64,000 nucleotides of DNA from Nitrospirota bacterium. Its GTDB lineage: Bacteria > Nitrospirota > JACRHJ01. Every line of letters starts with the position of its first letter. The first letter of the stretch is position 1. Below are positions 62,250 through 64,000 of this stretch, one piece after another. The stretch is taken from the NCBI GenBank assembly GCA_963733375.1, contig CAVTDB010000002.1, positions 32,390-96,389 of the forward strand, read 5' to 3'. Made by a program: the position numbers and the translations under genes. The notes under the pieces were generated by a model. That model was not told where the DNA came from. It did no database searches and was given only the letters and a program-made list of their open reading frames with translations.

Positions 62250-63669
62250 TTCTTCTTCCCGAAGTAGTCAATGAACGCCTTGAGGCCGTAAAGTCTCCCT
62301 TTCAGGTCCGCCGCGCTCCTTATGTTCAGGAGCATCCGGAGCATCTGTCTGGGCCGGAGATAGAACTTTTTCAGGCCCTCATCGATAAGCTGGTCTATCC
62401 TCTCTTTTGAAAGCTGCGGGTAGGAAAGGAGCGTCACCTGCTCGTAGTCCTTGCTCACCCACTCGGTCCAGTCTTCCGCGACGACGTAGCCCCGTTCCTT
62501 CGCCCAGTCGTACAGCTCCGTCCCCCGGATAGGTGCAGATGCCGGAGACCTGGATGGTGTCCAGCGGGAGCGAACGGGCGAACTTGAGCGTCTCGCGCGC
62601 GGTCTGTTCCGTCTCGCCGGGCGCGCCCACCATGAAGCATCCGTGGATGACGAAGCCGAGCCTCGCCGCTTCCTCCGCGAATTTCCGGGACTGCTCCAAG
62701 GTTACACCCTTCTTCACGGAATCCAGCCCCGCCTGGGTCCCGAACTCGAAACCCACCATGAGCATCCTGCAGCCGGCCCTCTTCATCAGGGGCAGGAGGG
62801 TCAGGTCTATGTCCACGCGGGCGTTGCACGACCAGGATATTTTTAGTCCCCGCTTCAGTATCTCCTCGCAGACCCCCTGGGCGTGCTTGCGGGAGGCGGC
62901 GAAAGTATCCGTCTCGAACATGATTTCATTTAACTGCGGGAAGAGCTTAATGTCGTACTCCATCTCGTCCACGACCTGGACCGGGTCGCGGTAGCGGAGC
63001 TTCCTGCCGTACATGAGCTGGGTATCCCTGCAGAACGTACACTTGCCGAAGCAGCCGCGCCCGGAGATAAGCGTCAGGAACGGGAACTTTTTCCCGGCGT
63101 CGTAATACCATTCGGGTTTGATATGATGCCATGCGGGAAACGGGAAGCTCCTTCACGTCCAGAGGCTCCCGGTCCGGGTTGTGCCGGACCTCATCCCCGT
63201 CCAGCCAGTCGATTCCGGCCACGTCGCGCAAGTGAGGCCCCCGAAGCTATATCACGGATGGTGTAATCGTATTCGCCCCGCGCCACCGCGTCTATCGCGC
63301 CCTTATCTATCCGGAGCGTGTCGGCCGGCAGGGCGCTGACATGCGGGCCCACCAGCACGGTCTTCGCCCCGGTGAGGTCCTTTATCGCCCTGGCGTAGTC
63401 GATATCGTTATATATGGAAGGGGTCGTGGTGTGCAGGACTGCAAGCTCCGGGCGGAACTCGCCGGGCGATCTCTTCCACCTCGTCCTTTTTCATGTTCAG
63501 CGCGGCCCCGTCGACAAATTTCACTTTGTGGCCAGCCTCTTCAAGTACGGCAGTCAGTAATCAGCAGCCCGTCCGGGTGCCTCTGCACGCGGCCCCTGGA
63601 CTTGGCCGCCCAGCGGGCGCTTCTGCAGAAATCATCGACGTATGGGGGGTTAAGGACCAGCACCTTCAA
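62246..63669 (-). CDS. B12-binding radical SAM protein (HpnJ-like), frameshifted
   Basis: TTTPS, VGPH, RGEYD, GRGCFGKCTFC (CxxxCxxC), WSCNAR, HGCFMVG.PGET. Confidence 0.88.
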
Positions 63670-64000
63670 GAATATTTCTCCTATGTTGTCGGCAGTGCGT
63701 TTTGTATCCGTGCTGTCGGCGGCTTTTTTTGTCCGGCAGGGCCATCCTGTAGGCCTTGCTCCCGAAGAAGAGAAACCCGGCGAACAGGGTTATTACCAAA
63801 AGGATGACCAGGGACCGGGACAGCCCGGCCACGTCCGGCATGGAAAGGACCTGGTGCCACCATACGGTTATATAATCCGTGGTCGGGTCGATATGACCAG
63901 CTGCACCGCGATCGAACTGGATGATACTCCAGATATTGGTGCGGGGCTGGTAATAAAACGCCGGGAAAACGCCAATAAAAATTTTTGTAATCGTCGCATA
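63650..64000 (-). CDS. 3' part of a membrane protein (starts beyond the window)
   Basis: Hydrophobic segment LVILLVITLFAGFLFF in operon orientation. Confidence 0.4.
   Translation of the reverse strand, partial: YATITKIFIGVFPAFYYQPRTNIWSIIQFDRGAAGHIDPTTDYITVWWHQVLSMPDVAGLSRSLVILLVITLFAGFLFFGSKAYRMALPDKKSRRQHGYKTHCRQHRRNILEGAGP

Overview
64-kb stretch of a GC-rich bacterial chromosome, probably an anaerobe of Nitrospirota or Desulfobacterota type (inferred from gene content only). Many genes, including essential ones (rpsP, fmt, murI), are broken by small indels, best read as long-read assembly errors. Most striking is the left edge. A minus-strand CDS missing from the ORF track (696 to beyond base 1) encodes a clear homologue of the Geobacter nanowire cytochrome OmcS, with the inter-subunit His16 conserved. 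It is preceded by an NHL beta-propeller gene under a sigma54-type promoter, a decaheme cytochrome and a Cys-less redoxin-TPR protein. The housekeeping part comprises ffh-rpsP-khpA-rimM-trmD-rplS-rnhB, def-fmt-rsmB-rpe, hsp20-dnaJ-hspR-clpB with a HAIR-like operator, dinB, dksA, murI, a four-subunit POR, dnaX-ybaB-recR, SRP RNA, two tRNA-Ser and ispB. The accessory part comprises an arsenic cluster, vapBC, an orphan hicB, an orphan Mor regulator, a Rieske/cytochrome b6 operon interrupted by an AT-rich nuclease-like gene, and a glycosylation cluster whose acyltransferase is flanked by 37-bp direct repeats. Two families of intergenic palindromic repeats recur; two copies of one family carry the same nested 36-nt module.
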